This document shows, in pieces, positions 10,058 through 21,486 of a DNA stretch of 64,000 bases (position 1 is its first letter; every line of letters starts with the position of its first letter). The notes beneath the pieces are model-generated. The model ran no database searches. It had not been told where the DNA came from and saw only the letters and a program-made list of their open reading frames with translations. The DNA comes from Bdellovibrionota bacterium. Its GTDB lineage: Bacteria > Bdellovibrionota_C > UBA2361 > CAKMMH01. Where the stretch lies: contig JBMNLI010000017.1 of NCBI GenBank assembly GCA_050952645.1, positions 160,001 to 224,000 on the forward strand, given 5' to 3'. Position numbers and translations under genes: made by a program.

Positions 10058-12910
10058 CTACTTAGCATCATCAAAACTACCCTCTACAATCCTTGGCGTT
10101 ACGAAGAACAACAATTCTTCATCAGAGTTATCAACACTCGATTTTCTAAAGAAATGCCCAAGAACTGGAATATCTTTCAAAAAAGGCACGCCTGCAAGAG
10201 TATCTTTATCGGTAACTTTATATATACCACCTAAAGCAAACGTTTGCCCACTAGATACAAGCACGGTTGATGTAGCACGTCTGATAACTATCGATGGAAT
10301 CCCATCAACTGCTCTTGAACCAAAGTGGCTAGACTCGCCCATGATATCTAAAAGCACGTAATAGTCTGGTGAAGCTTGTGGAGTAACTTTTAAAGTAATA
10401 CCTGCATCGATACTTTCTGTTGCAGATTTGCTTACGCCTGATGCAGATGAACCTTGCCCAGTTGCTATTGAGGTTCCCCCATCTGGCAATCTTATGGATA
10501 CAGTTTCAACACTCTTTATTTCAGCAGGTGTATTGTTAGTAGTTACTACAGATGGTTTGCTAACAATTTTAAGCCTTCCTTCGTTTTCAAGTCCTGAAAT
10601 GCGAGCTTGCAGGCTTTTAGAGCCATCAAGGCTATCAAATATAAGGCTTACAGCAGAACCACCAACTTCACTAATAGCTGCAGGGAAGCTTGAAAAATTC
10701 CCACCATTGCTCCCTCCTACTGCAACAGTTGAAGGGAAATTATACCCAGTAGCATTCCCCGTTAGTTCAGATTGAATTAACGTAAAACCAAACTCAGAAC
10801 CTAGCTCTCTAACTAAATTTCTTTCTGCCTCTATAATTTGAGTTTCTAAAAGAATTTGTGGAGTTCTTAAGTCTGCTTTTTTTATTATCTCAAAAGCATC
10901 TTTTATTCTTGGCTTAATATCCTTAATAAAAATTTGATTACTTCTATCATCAAACGTAACGCTTCCTCTATCAGATAGCACGGATTCGACTAAAGCTTGA
11001 AGCTCGGCAGCTTTTGCATAACTTACCTTTCTGTAAGCTAGTTGCAAAGGCTCTAAATTTTCTTCAGCTTGACGAGCGGCCTTTAGTTCCTCTCTTTCAC
11101 TTTTTAACTTATTTACAGGAGCGATTCTAACGACATTTCCCTCTTGCACTTTATCTAGTCCGTTAGTTTTTAAAATAACATCTAACGCTTGATCCCAAGG
11201 CACATTGTTTAATCTTAGTGAAACTTTTCCCGTGATATCATCGCTAGCTACAATATTTAAGTTTGACACTTCAGCTATAATTTTTAATGCATTACCAATA
11301 TCGGTGTCTTGGAAATCTAAGCTTATAAGTTTTCCAGTATAGCCTGATGCTGGGTCTAAAAGTTTAACTATCTCTTCATCGATACCTTCAAAATCTTCTT
11401 TTATCATTTCATCTTCATTGCCTAGCCCCTTTTTATCATCTGAATACTCTTGAGAGATATCATCTATTTCAATAGTACCACCTAAGCCGCTATTTATCTC
11501 CTCTCCTAAATTTTTCTCTTTAGCATCATCGTTTACATTCTCGTTAGTATCATTAATTGCTTTATTACTACTTTCCATATTAAATTTCTCTTTTAATTTT
11601 GATAAATCCATTTGAGCTTTAATATTTTCTTTTGCGGTAGTAGCATCAGCTTTTTGAATAGTTGCTTTTAAAGAATCGTTATTTTTAAGCTTGCCGCCGA
11701 GCACATCTTTATCAGCTACAATTTTATGTGTTTCCTTAATTTCTTTTGCGCTTTTTTTAATATCATTTTTTATATTATTTTTAGCATTATTTTGTGCATT
11801 ATAATTTTCTGAAATTAAAACCCCTAAGTTAGTCCTAGTGGCATTAAGCTCAGTATCTTTATTTACGTATAATTTAATAACTGTATCATTATCGCTTTTA
11901 TTTGCTTGGATACTATTTAATGAACTATACGTTTTTGGTAAAGCTATAGGTTTATCTGCTTCTTTTGCTAAAATAGTATTTTTTAATCTTAGACTATATT
12001 CACTATCAGAGTTTTTTTCTAAATCAAACGTCACATTGCTATCAACATTTACATTTACTTGTAATCTATTTGCTTTTTCTTGACATTGTATTTTTGAAAC
12101 TACATATTGTTTATTTAATTTAATTTTATCATTCTTTAATTTTGCTTCTTTAATTTTTGCTTCTCGCATTTTTATCTCGCTATTAGCAAGGTTAGCAAGT
12201 TTTTGATTTTCTTTTTCTGAAACTTGCTTTTCAGCTAACTTGTTAGCTTCCATAATGCCTTTTTTATCTTCATTAATTTTAGCTAAAATAGCACTATTTA
12301 AATCACTGCTTTCTTCATTAATTTTATCAACTTTACTAGCTTCTTTAGTAGTATTTAACTTAGTAGTATTTAAAACGTTTGCTATTTTTGTTTTATTATC
12401 TGAAATAAAAACATCAAAACCTTGATTATTCTTAACTACATCGTAAGACACATTATTTAAGTTTGATGAGTTTAAATCGAAAACAAATCTTGCTTTATCA
12501 GGATGAGCTCCTAACCTTAAAGATGAAACATACTTACTATTGATAGAAAAGTTTTGGTTTCTCCCTTTCCCCTCTCCTTTTAAGTCGAGAACTAATCTTA
12601 GTGGACTTTGCATAACGTTTGCGCTATAAGAACTATTAGGATTTTTAGTGCCTATGTGATACTTCTCTACATCATTATAGTGCATAGTTTTAATATTTAA
12701 TGTGTGGGATAACACTTTTTCATTTCCTAAAACTGCTCTATTTACAGCATTTTCTATCGCTTGAGAAATATTTTTATTATATCTATCTTGACTAGTTTGC
12801 ACCTTTACAGCATCTTCTTTTTGCACCGTTGAACAAGCAAGCATATTTAATGATAAGAGCACTACTATAAGTGATTTATTTATTAAGTGCTTTTTGTTAT
12901 TCTTTTTCAT
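10058..12910 (-). CDS. pilQ: Type IV pilus secretin PilQ with AMIN domains
   Basis: YTGKLISLDFQDTDI, VPWDQALDVIL, GVPFLKDIPVLGHFF, ELLFFVTPRIV; AMIN-like PLRLVLDL. Confidence 0.9.
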   Translation of the reverse strand: MKKNNKKHLINKSLIVVLLSLNMLACSTVQKEDAVKVQTSQDRYNKNISQAIENAVNRAVLGNEKVLSHTLNIKTMHYNDVEKYHIGTKNPNSSYSANVMQSPLRLVLDLKGEGKGRNQNFSINSKYVSSLRLGAHPDKARFVFDLNSSNLNNVSYDVVKNNQGFDVFISDNKTKIANVLNTTKLNTTKEASKVDKINEESSDLNSAILAKINEDKKGIMEANKLAEKQVSEKENQKLANLANSEIKMREAKIKEAKLKNDKIKLNKQYVVSKIQCQEKANRLQVNVNVDSNVTFDLEKNSDSEYSLRLKNTILAKEADKPIALPKTYSSLNSIQANKSDNDTVIKLYVNKDTELNATRTNLGVLISENYNAQNNAKNNIKNDIKKSAKEIKETHKIVADKDVLGGKLKNNDSLKATIQKADATTAKENIKAQMDLSKLKEKFNMESSNKAINDTNENVNDDAKEKNLGEEINSGLGGTIEIDDISQEYSDDKKGLGNEDEMIKEDFEGIDEEIVKLLDPASGYTGKLISLDFQDTDIGNALKIIAEVSNLNIVASDDITGKVSLRLNNVPWDQALDVILKTNGLDKVQEGNVVRIAPVNKLKSEREELKAARQAEENLEPLQLAYRKVSYAKAAELQALVESVLSDRGSVTFDDRSNQIFIKDIKPRIKDAFEIIKKADLRTPQILLETQIIEAERNLVRELGSEFGFTLIQSELTGNATGYNFPSTVAVGGSNGGNFSSFPAAISEVGGSAVSLIFDSLDGSKSLQARISGLENEGRLKIVSKPSVVTTNNTPAEIKSVETVSIRLPDGGTSIATGQGSSASGVSKSATESIDAGITLKVTPQASPDYYVLLDIMGESSHFGSRAVDGIPSIVIRRATSTVLVSSGQTFALGGIYKVTDKDTLAGVPFLKDIPVLGHFFRKSSVDNSDEELLFFVTPRIVEGSFDDAK

Positions 12911-13257
12911 TGGAATTTTTCCTTAAAATTAAATAATTAAAATTAAATAAATTACATTCTTTTCGTTTTATAAAAGAAACTGTAAATTATGATGCGAAAG
13001 AGGATTATAAGTTGTCAAAAATTTATTTTATTACAAATTTGATACAAAACACTTTAATTCTTTGATCTTATTCTTTAATATTATTCTTTGATTATCATTC
13101 TAGTTATCATTCTAGTTATCATTCTGCTTACCATTCTATGGTATATGATATTTGATATATTATTATTTGGTATATTATTAGATGTATCGCTACTTTTTTA
13201 GCATTGATTATACGTAAAATTTATTAAATAAATTTATTAAGCTACCATGAAATCGCA

Positions 13258-14007
13258 TTAAATCGTTATCTCATAAATATAGACGAAACCGCCTAACATA
13301 ATTTCATAATGTGAACAATTTAAATTATTTCTAGAAAGTATTTCTATAAACTCTTTGCTAGATGGAAAATTAAGCACTGAAGAAGATAAGTATTTATACG
13401 CTTTTTTATTTCCACAAAAAACTTTTATAATTAGTGGCATTATTTTTAGAAAATAAAATGAAAAAATTTTTCCCCAGAAATTATTATTTTTTTGCTTTCC
13501 AAACTCTAGTATATATATAATGCCATCCTTTTTTAAAGTTCTTCTAATTTCTTTTAAGCCTTTATCTAAATCATAAAAATTCCTAACGCCATACGAAACT
13601 ACGATTAAATCGAAAAACTCATCGCTAAATCGTAAATTTTCAGCTTCGCTATTTATAAACTCGACATCTATATTTTGTTTTTTGCATCTTTCTTTTGCTA
13701 AACTCAGCATCTCTTTAGAAATATCTACTGCATATAAGTTTTTAGAAATGCGTTTTAAATCTTTTAAAAGCGCTCCCGTTCCAGTGCATAAATCGAGAGC
13801 GTTTTCGTATAATTTTTTTTCGTTATAAAAATTTTCTTTATCAAAATTTTCTTGGCATAAATTTTTATAAGTTTTCTTTAAGGTAATTTTTTTTATTAGT
13901 CTTTTTTCCCAAAACTTATGGATACCAAAACTAATTACATTATTAAAGAAATCGTATCTTTTAGATATGCTTGAGAAAATTTCTATAATTTCACGCTTTT
14001 TATTCAT
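13258..14007 (-). CDS. ubiE: UbiE/MenG family methyltransferase
   Basis: RYDFFNNVISFGIH..W, LDLCTGTG, YGVRNF, ILEF, AYKYLSSS. Confidence 0.8.
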   Translation of the reverse strand: MNKKREIIEIFSSISKRYDFFNNVISFGIHKFWEKRLIKKITLKKTYKNLCQENFDKENFYNEKKLYENALDLCTGTGALLKDLKRISKNLYAVDISKEMLSLAKERCKKQNIDVEFINSEAENLRFSDEFFDLIVVSYGVRNFYDLDKGLKEIRRTLKKDGIIYILEFGKQKNNNFWGKIFSFYFLKIMPLIIKVFCGNKKAYKYLSSSVLNFPSSKEFIEILSRNNLNCSHYEIMLGGFVYIYEITI

Positions 14008-14089
14008 AGACAAACAAAGTATAATATATATAGTGTTTTTTACTTTTATAAATTTTAAAAGTTTTACAAAAAATTTTAAGGTATCTTAT

Positions 14090-14698
14090 ATGAAATACTA
14101 TATCAAAAATAATATCAAAAAAAATTACGATTTGAAAAGCAAAAGTTTATTAAAAACAATCTTGCTATTTACATTAATATTTAGCCAAGCTTGTTCAATA
14201 TTCGATAATAAACAAGTTAATAATAAGCAAGTAGCACAAACGTCAGATGCTCAAAATTTACAGAATTTAGAGCAAAATGCGGGGCAAAATAACACCTATG
14301 ATAATATTTATGATGACAGCTCTTACGGTGAAACGAATCCGTATAAAGGAGAGAAGGATTTTACTAGTAGGAAAGAGTGGCAAGCAAACGGCGTTTTAGG
14401 AAACGCACAATCTAGCACCTCTCTTTTGATTTCAGACGTAGAAGTGCTCTGGTTAATACCTAACCAAGAGGTCGAAGGGTTTATTTTAAGTTATGGATTT
14501 GATGAAAATAATTTAAATAATAAAGTGCAAATCCTTACTAGCGAGCTTGAGGTAGTGTCAGACCCTATTTATAACAGGGTATACAGGTACGTTTTAAAAA
14601 ATATTCCTAAAGACAAGAAGCTTTTTATACAACTTACCTCGTTTAACAATAATGAATTTTCTTTACCAAGTAAAGTTTTTACATTGCGCGTAAACTAA
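14090..14698 (+). CDS. Hypothetical lipoprotein, possible C-terminal FN3-like domain
   Basis: Start refined to ATG 14090 to avoid overlap with ubiE; lipobox SQAC; W..VEGFILSYG..Y.L..P..S.PS pattern. Confidence 0.6.
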   Translation: MKYYIKNNIKKNYDLKSKSLLKTILLFTLIFSQACSIFDNKQVNNKQVAQTSDAQNLQNLEQNAGQNNTYDNIYDDSSYGETNPYKGEKDFTSRKEWQANGVLGNAQSSTSLLISDVEVLWLIPNQEVEGFILSYGFDENNLNNKVQILTSELEVVSDPIYNRVYRYVLKNIPKDKKLFIQLTSFNNNEFSLPSKVFTLRVN

Positions 14699-14919
14699 AC
14701 TAGTTATAAACTAGTAGTAGTTAGTTATGCTTTATGCGTAATGAATGAGCCATATTATTTTTAAAGTTAAGTTTAAATAGCTAAGCTTTGAAATTTTGAT
14801 TTATTTAGTTTTACGCTTACATACATTTAATAAGCTTGTATTATTTTTATGCTATATAGCGCTATATAAATGTTTATTATGTAAGTATTTAATGTTGTTT
14901 TTATTAAAGGATTTCAATT

Positions 14920-15966
14920 ATGAAGAAAGGAACAATTATTATTATATCGATTATATTGCTTATCGTAGGTATATATTGGTATGCTAAAGATAGTAGCAAA
15001 GATGCAAAGCCACAAAAAGCCGCTAGCGTAGAAAGTACTCAAACGACGACGCTAAATGATGCGCAAGAAGAAAGTGCTAGGGAAGCACAAGAAGAAAGCG
15101 ATGAAGATAGCGAAGATATTACAGATGATGAAGGAGAACTCGACATCCGCCCTGCTGTTGACGTATATAGCTCTGCTGACGAAGCACTTAAAGCAGTAAG
15201 AAAAGCTGCTATAAATTATGATGATATCGTAATAGAGCAATTTTATATGCTAGGAAATTGCTCGTGGTGCGAAAAATTTTATACTGATATTACGAATCTT
15301 ACGCTCGATAAAAGAATAAGTAGCGATGAGAGAACTTACTATGCAGAGATTTTAGGCACTAGTGGTAGAAAAGAAAATATTGAAACGTTAGTTTACGCCG
15401 CTACTAATAGCGAAAATGAGACTGAAAAAGATATTTTTACCGAAGCGCTAGAGCTTTCTAACTTATCAAACGAGTCTTTAAATTACTTAAAAGAAGAATA
15501 TAAAAATTTTTATGATGAAGAATTGAAAATAGCAACTATCGCTGCTATAAGCAATCAAGGCACGAAGGATTCAATCGAAATTTTATATGAAATGACTAAA
15601 GAATCTAACGACCCTAAAGGATTTTACGACGATGGCGTAGGTCTAGGCGAGGTAGTTCCTGAAGATGCAGCTTTCCCACTATTAGACGAGATTGCTTCTA
15701 AGAGAGATAATTACTCTCATCTTGCTATAAAGGCTTTGCTTAATGGCGGACTCGAGGGAACGAAAAGAGTAATCGACATCTTAGCTAATGGTAAAAATTC
15801 AAAAGATGATATCAAAAAACTAGATCTTGAAAATGCCGCAGATCACGTTTTATATGATGATGAAACTAAATCATTTTTACAGAGCGTTCAAAATCCAAAC
15901 GAAGCTCAAGAATTCTTTATCGATGAAATTATTAGAGTTTCTGCTGAAAGCAAAAATGATGAATAA
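14920..15966 (+). CDS. Hypothetical membrane-anchored acidic protein, HEAT-like helices
   Basis: N-terminal TM anchor, acidic linker, helical repeats. Confidence 0.65.
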   Translation: MKKGTIIIISIILLIVGIYWYAKDSSKDAKPQKAASVESTQTTTLNDAQEESAREAQEESDEDSEDITDDEGELDIRPAVDVYSSADEALKAVRKAAINYDDIVIEQFYMLGNCSWCEKFYTDITNLTLDKRISSDERTYYAEILGTSGRKENIETLVYAATNSENETEKDIFTEALELSNLSNESLNYLKEEYKNFYDEELKIATIAAISNQGTKDSIEILYEMTKESNDPKGFYDDGVGLGEVVPEDAAFPLLDEIASKRDNYSHLAIKALLNGGLEGTKRVIDILANGKNSKDDIKKLDLENAADHVLYDDETKSFLQSVQNPNEAQEFFIDEIIRVSAESKNDE

Positions 15967-16011
15967 TAATAAAAATAATAATGAAAATATAGAGTAATCT
16001 CTTAAAATAAT

Positions 16012-16052
16012 AAAAAGGAGTTCTTGATTTTTAAAAGGGACTCCTTTTTTTT
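16012..16052 (+). terminator. Rho-independent terminator
   Basis: AAAAAGGAGTTCTT/AAGGGACTCCTTTTT stem followed by a T run. Confidence 0.75.
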
Positions 16053-16169
16053 ATATTTTTTTTATATTTTTTTATATCTCTCTATTTATTTATATCCTTT
16101 AAAAAAAATTAAAAACATAATATAATTATTTATATTTGTTAGAATTTTACGTTTTTTTTAAAGGCTTTT

Positions 16170-16871
16170 ATGGATAATAAATTTTACAGGTTCCGTGTTC
16201 CCTTATCGTTTATTTTTTCATTTATTTTTTTACTGCTTATAAACTTAATCTTTTTCCCTAAAATATCTTATTCTAAGGAAGATAGCGATTTTACAGTAAG
16301 CGAAAAAAGCCTTTATTTTGAAAAAACACAAAAGCCTATAAGAAATATAGTTATAACTAATCAAAGCGAAACTACCCTATATATAAAAGGCGAAATAAAA
16401 AAGATTATTAACGATGATTTTTTTGCTCCAGAATTTTCAGAGACTAAGGAAGTGATTATTACTCCTAAGAATGCTTCGATAAAACCTAAAGAGTCTTTAA
16501 CATTTAGAGTAGTCTATCTTCCTACTACCTCTCAAAAGGAAAACCAATATAAACTTTCTTTTACTCCTTATAATAAAGATTTTAGCAAACCAAATACTAA
16601 GGAAACTTTCGATATCGATGTATTAACAGACCCTCTTATAGTAAACGATGCTTTTTCTATTATCAGAGGGAAAAAAGATATCACATTTAAAAATAGCGGA
16701 AATAGAAGCGTTTATATTTACGATGCTAAAAGCTGTGATAGCAAAAATTGCGAGAAACTTTTAGATATACGAATTCCAAGTGGCACTGAGCTAAAATTAG
16801 ATATAGAAAGAAATAAAACTTTTTATGGAATACAAAAAATAGGAACAGATTATAAAAACATTAAATATTAA
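16170..16871 (+). CDS. Pilus assembly chaperone (PapD-like, EcpB/CooB type)
   Basis: Signal peptide; ITNQSETTLYI, IITPKNASIKP..FRV, FKNSGNRSV..C..C; upstream of the usher. Confidence 0.7.
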   Translation: MDNKFYRFRVPLSFIFSFIFLLLINLIFFPKISYSKEDSDFTVSEKSLYFEKTQKPIRNIVITNQSETTLYIKGEIKKIINDDFFAPEFSETKEVIITPKNASIKPKESLTFRVVYLPTTSQKENQYKLSFTPYNKDFSKPNTKETFDIDVLTDPLIVNDAFSIIRGKKDITFKNSGNRSVYIYDAKSCDSKNCEKLLDIRIPSGTELKLDIERNKTFYGIQKIGTDYKNIKY

Positions 16872-16904
16872 GAAATAAAATATTAATAAATATAAATAAA
16901 AAAT

Positions 16905-19900
16905 ATGAATAAAAAGGTTTTTTTTACTATACTATTTTTTATAGGAATAATAGCTTTTGCACTCCCTGTGCACTCGACTAATACTAATATTAGTGTAGAA
17001 ACAACTAAAGACCAAACTAACACATCAGAAATTTTTTTAAAAAATAACTTAAAAAAGAAAGCATCTATAAGATTAAAAAGAGAAAAAAGAAAAAGCGAGG
17101 ATTTAATAGAAAAAGCTTCTACAAATGAAGCTACTAGTAGCAGTTATAATGCTAATAATAATACTAATAATAATACTAATAATAATACTAATAATAATAC
17201 TAATAATAATACTGAGAATATTATCAAAACTAAAAACGATATAGATAACAAAAATAATAACGAAGATAATAAAGAAAATAATAACGGGAATAATAACGAT
17301 ATAAAAATTTTAAAAAATGAAAATATGGAGGCAAGACCGCTAGGTGCTGTATGGTGGGAAGATACTACTAAAGATGGCGCTTCTCTATCTGAAACTCAAT
17401 ATAATAAAACTCAAAATAAAACTCGAGATGGCGTAAAACAAAATTGGTGGGAGAAAACATCTAAAGGCGATGAACTTATAAAAATAAAAAACATTAAAGA
17501 AAATCATAATTGGTGGGAAAAACCAAAAGGTGCTAGCAAGGAGTTAGGAAGCGATACTGAAGCGCTCCCTTGGTGGTTAGATGGCAAGAACACTAAAGAG
17601 TACGATAAATTCTTGCAATTTACGGATGATACCGCTACCGCTAATTACGACATTACACTATTTGATCTATATCTAGGAGATAATCACGTAGGACTTGCGC
17701 TAGTTAATTATACCGATAAGTGGTTTACTCTCCCTGAGCCAGAGGATCTCTTAGAACAACTTTCTGGAGTAAAGAGTCCTAGTAAATTGCTACCTTTATT
17801 AAAAGGAAAAATTCCAAATTATAGAAATATCGACGGCATTGGAGAAATAGCCATAGAGAGAGATACATTTAAATTACTGATTAACGTAGATAAGGAAAAT
17901 TTAACTGAAACGAGGCTCGCTATAAATAAACTTATGCAAAATCCTCAAAATAAATTCTCACTAGAAAATAGAGTTTCTTTTACGACTTATGGAAATATAG
18001 ATGAGGATGAAACTACTAATTCTTTTGCACATAAAACGTTAGCAAGCTATGGAAAGCAATTTATGTTAGCTCAAGGCTATGTAGATGATGAAGATTCTTA
18101 TGAATTACAAGAATTAAATTTAGGAACCATCATAGATAAATATAGTGCAAAAGGCGGATTTTTACAAAACAGAGGCAACACTTTTACACCTAGTTTAAAT
18201 ATATTAGGTATGAAAATCGAGACTGAAGAGCAACTATTTTTAGATAGCGATTTAACGAAAGGAAGTAGGATAGAAATTTTCGTTCCATCTACTTCAAAAG
18301 TTTTATTTTATAGAAATAATATTTTAATCGATTACCAAATTTTAAATTACGGACTCCAAGAAATAGACACCACTAGATTCCCTCAAGGTAGCTACACTGT
18401 CGATATAGAAATAAGAGAGTATAACGGGCGTGTTACTAGGGAAAGTCAATTTTTCACAAAGAGTGGTTTGCTAGCATCTAGAGAGCGTCCTATTTATTAT
18501 GCAAGTTTAGGTTCTGCTCGTGATAAAACCGACATAATTGAGATTCCAGTTTTAGAAGCAGGATTTAGAGTGCGAGCAAATGATTTTTTAGAAACTGAGA
18601 ATTCTATTTTTGCCACTGAGTCTATCGGTATAGCTTCGGCAGCTTTAAAAGGACTTTGGAAAAATTATTATTTTAATGTTGAAGCGAGCGTTTCTAATGA
18701 GGGAGACGTTGGTTTTAACACGACATTAAATACTACATTTAAAGATACATTCTTTAGTATTTCTTGGACTGAGGTTCCGGGAGATAGCAACTTTGCTAAC
18801 GATTACACAACAGATTCTAAGAAAGATAGATTTTTACATGCTGCTTCATCTATAAAAAACAAGCGAAGAACTGTAAGCGGTAATATCCAAAGAAATTATA
18901 AAAATATTAGCTACGGAGTTCAAGGGAGCTACACTACTAATACTACAAGAGATAAAAAATATGATGAAGATATTTACGATGAAAACTTTTTTCTTATTTC
19001 AGAAGACAATTATGCTATTGGCCCTTGGGTTAACGTTAAACTTTTACAAGATGAAACTCAAAGTTTAGATTTTAAAACGAACTATTACTTTAAAAAGCAA
19101 GATGATAATTTAAATACGCAACTACAATACAACAAAAGATTAGATAGTAAAATATACAATAACACTAGTTTAAGCTTTAACAAAGAGACTGCTAAGTTCG
19201 CAAAATTATCGAACAGTTTAACGTATAGTGGTTTAAATACTACTACTAACACTGGGCTAGATGTAAATTTAGATGTAGAAGGCAGCAAGTATGAAGACGT
19301 TGATAATATACCTGTAAATAGCAACTTACAAATGGCTTATGGAAACCGTTACGTTTATATGACTGGAAATTTAAATAATCAGCTTTATGATTCTAAGAGC
19401 AATACTAGCTATGGAGGCACTATCCAATCTAGCATGATATTGACTGAAGATGGGTTTGGAAGAATTATGACCCCACAAAGAAGCAATTCAATGGTGATAA
19501 TAAATATTAAAGATAAATCTTCAAGTGAGAGTCGAAATGAGAGTTCAAGTAAAAAAAGTTCTAATAGTATCTTTTCAGTTATTGTAAATGATATAAAGTA
19601 CACGGAAGCTAGGGCTAATACCCCTACTTTGATAACTTTAAGCCCATATAAGACTTATAAAATAAGGATACAATCGACTGAAGACTCAGATTTAACCGAC
19701 TACGACAACAAGTCGAAAGTGATTACTTTATTCCCAGGAAATATTGGAGAGGTCTCTTGGGAGATAAAGAAAGTCTTTATAGGAATCGGCGTTATCGTAG
19801 ATGAGAGTGGCAAGCCTATAAAACATCAAAAAATTAAAGGTGTTGCCGACTACGTTTATACTGAAGAAGATGGCTCTTTTCAGGCTAATCTTACGGGGAA

Positions 19901-20006
19901 AGAGAAGCTTTATATAAAATCTAGCAATTATGATTGTGCTATTTCGCTTCCTAAAAAAGAGCTAGATGATATCGTAGTAGATTTTGGCGAGATAGTGTGC
20001 AAATAA
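16905..20006 (+). CDS. Outer membrane usher, TcfC/EcpC/CooC-like
   Basis: GLQEIDTTRFPQGSYTVDIEIRE; C-terminal YTEEDGSFQ...C...VDFGEIVC. Confidence 0.8.
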   Translation: MNKKVFFTILFFIGIIAFALPVHSTNTNISVETTKDQTNTSEIFLKNNLKKKASIRLKREKRKSEDLIEKASTNEATSSSYNANNNTNNNTNNNTNNNTNNNTENIIKTKNDIDNKNNNEDNKENNNGNNNDIKILKNENMEARPLGAVWWEDTTKDGASLSETQYNKTQNKTRDGVKQNWWEKTSKGDELIKIKNIKENHNWWEKPKGASKELGSDTEALPWWLDGKNTKEYDKFLQFTDDTATANYDITLFDLYLGDNHVGLALVNYTDKWFTLPEPEDLLEQLSGVKSPSKLLPLLKGKIPNYRNIDGIGEIAIERDTFKLLINVDKENLTETRLAINKLMQNPQNKFSLENRVSFTTYGNIDEDETTNSFAHKTLASYGKQFMLAQGYVDDEDSYELQELNLGTIIDKYSAKGGFLQNRGNTFTPSLNILGMKIETEEQLFLDSDLTKGSRIEIFVPSTSKVLFYRNNILIDYQILNYGLQEIDTTRFPQGSYTVDIEIREYNGRVTRESQFFTKSGLLASRERPIYYASLGSARDKTDIIEIPVLEAGFRVRANDFLETENSIFATESIGIASAALKGLWKNYYFNVEASVSNEGDVGFNTTLNTTFKDTFFSISWTEVPGDSNFANDYTTDSKKDRFLHAASSIKNKRRTVSGNIQRNYKNISYGVQGSYTTNTTRDKKYDEDIYDENFFLISEDNYAIGPWVNVKLLQDETQSLDFKTNYYFKKQDDNLNTQLQYNKRLDSKIYNNTSLSFNKETAKFAKLSNSLTYSGLNTTTNTGLDVNLDVEGSKYEDVDNIPVNSNLQMAYGNRYVYMTGNLNNQLYDSKSNTSYGGTIQSSMILTEDGFGRIMTPQRSNSMVIINIKDKSSSESRNESSSKKSSNSIFSVIVNDIKYTEARANTPTLITLSPYKTYKIRIQSTEDSDLTDYDNKSKVITLFPGNIGEVSWEIKKVFIGIGVIVDESGKPIKHQKIKGVADYVYTEEDGSFQANLTGKEKLYIKSSNYDCAISLPKKELDDIVVDFGEIVCK

Positions 20007-20157
20007 AATTCTTTATTTTCAATATGTTATAGTAGATATCTATTTTCTTCAAAAATAAATTTAAGAAAAGAAGTATTTTGCTTAAGTTTTTCATCTAAAA
20101 TTCCGTTCATATGTTTCAAGGTTAGTTTTTTTTATTCTTACTTAAAGGAGAGATACA

Positions 20158-20781
20158 ATGAAAAAAATATTTATATTGTTTGCATTATTAGCATTGCCTA
20201 TGTCTAGTTTTGCAGCAACACAAGGTTCAAAGGGTGAAAAATCAGAGGCAACCTCAGTAATTACTTTAAAAATTCCTGAGATGATTATTGCAAATGGGTT
20301 TGCAGACGTTACGCTCGACGTAAATTTGAAAACTCTAGATACTCCTAACCAATTTCCTGAAGGTTCTGCAAATTACACGAAATCTGATACCATATGTGTA
20401 GCAAGTAATAATAGTAGATCTGGTAATAACGAATATTCACTAGTCGTTACGAGTTCTAACAACACTGGTTCTTCAGATTATTTTGTGGTAGATAGCGGTG
20501 GAACTGCGGGCAACAAAGTATATTTTGATTTAAAATATAGTGATGGAGCAACTACTCAAAGTTTAGTTCAGAACCAAGCTAGTAGCACTAGTTATGTTGC
20601 ACATACTTCTTTAATAAGTTGCGATGGGGGTTCGCCGACTGATAATGCTACTTACACGGTAACTTTTACAGATAGAAGTGGGACTACTGGAAGACCAAGT
20701 ATAGATATGGTTCCTGCAGGTGTTTACACGACTACATTAACTTTCTTATTTACTCCTAATAATGAAAGTGATAATTACTAA
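20158..20781 (+). CDS. Putative major pilin subunit
   Basis: Signal peptide, Cys pair, C-terminal PAGVYTTTLTFLFTP strand; AAGGAG RBS; follows the usher. Confidence 0.7.
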   Translation: MKKIFILFALLALPMSSFAATQGSKGEKSEATSVITLKIPEMIIANGFADVTLDVNLKTLDTPNQFPEGSANYTKSDTICVASNNSRSGNNEYSLVVTSSNNTGSSDYFVVDSGGTAGNKVYFDLKYSDGATTQSLVQNQASSTSYVAHTSLISCDGGSPTDNATYTVTFTDRSGTTGRPSIDMVPAGVYTTTLTFLFTPNNESDNY

Positions 20782-20820
20782 TTTATTACTATTATTATAA
20801 GTAAGAATAGAATGTAGATA

Positions 20821-20885
20821 AAAAAGCGAGTGCTTTTATAATTTAATATTTTATATATTAGTTAAATAAGCATCTCGCTTTTTTT
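20821..20885 (+). terminator. Terminator-like hairpin after pilin
   Basis: AAAAAGCGAG-TGCTT...AAGCATCTCGCTTTTTTT. Confidence 0.6.
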
Positions 20886-21486
20886 ATTTAGGCTACTTTT
20901 TTAAATTTATTTAATTAAAGAATTATATTAAATTTACCTATAACTAACACTAAAAATTCCCCAAGTTTCTCTATAAAAATTATTCTAATCGCACTTTTGA
21001 CTAAATACTTAATATCCTATATATTTATTAGTTATCGCTTGTTACATAAGGTTGTATCAAATAGTTGATGGTTTTAAAAAGCTTTACAAAGGATTTTAGA
21101 AAGGAATTTTTATTATGGTGGCAACTTATAAGAATTTTAATGGGATATTGCCTTACAATATACTTTACAATTACAGATTTCATAATAAAATATGGCTAGA
21201 AGCTTTACCATATGAAGAGGGTGCTCACAAATACACGCCAACACTCCAGTTAAGAGAGATGCTGATTTGGCTTGCAATTATTATAGGAGCAGAAAACGTA
21301 TATTTAAAAAAAACTGACATTTTGGTAGGTTCCAAAGGTAGCATTAAATATTTAAATGGCGACGACTTACCTCCTCATATAGATATAAAATGCATAAGTC
21401 CCGACGAGGCTAATAAAAAAGCTGACCAAAAAGCTAACGACTCGGATGCTATCAAATTGTATGTTAATAGAAATGCCACTCAATAT

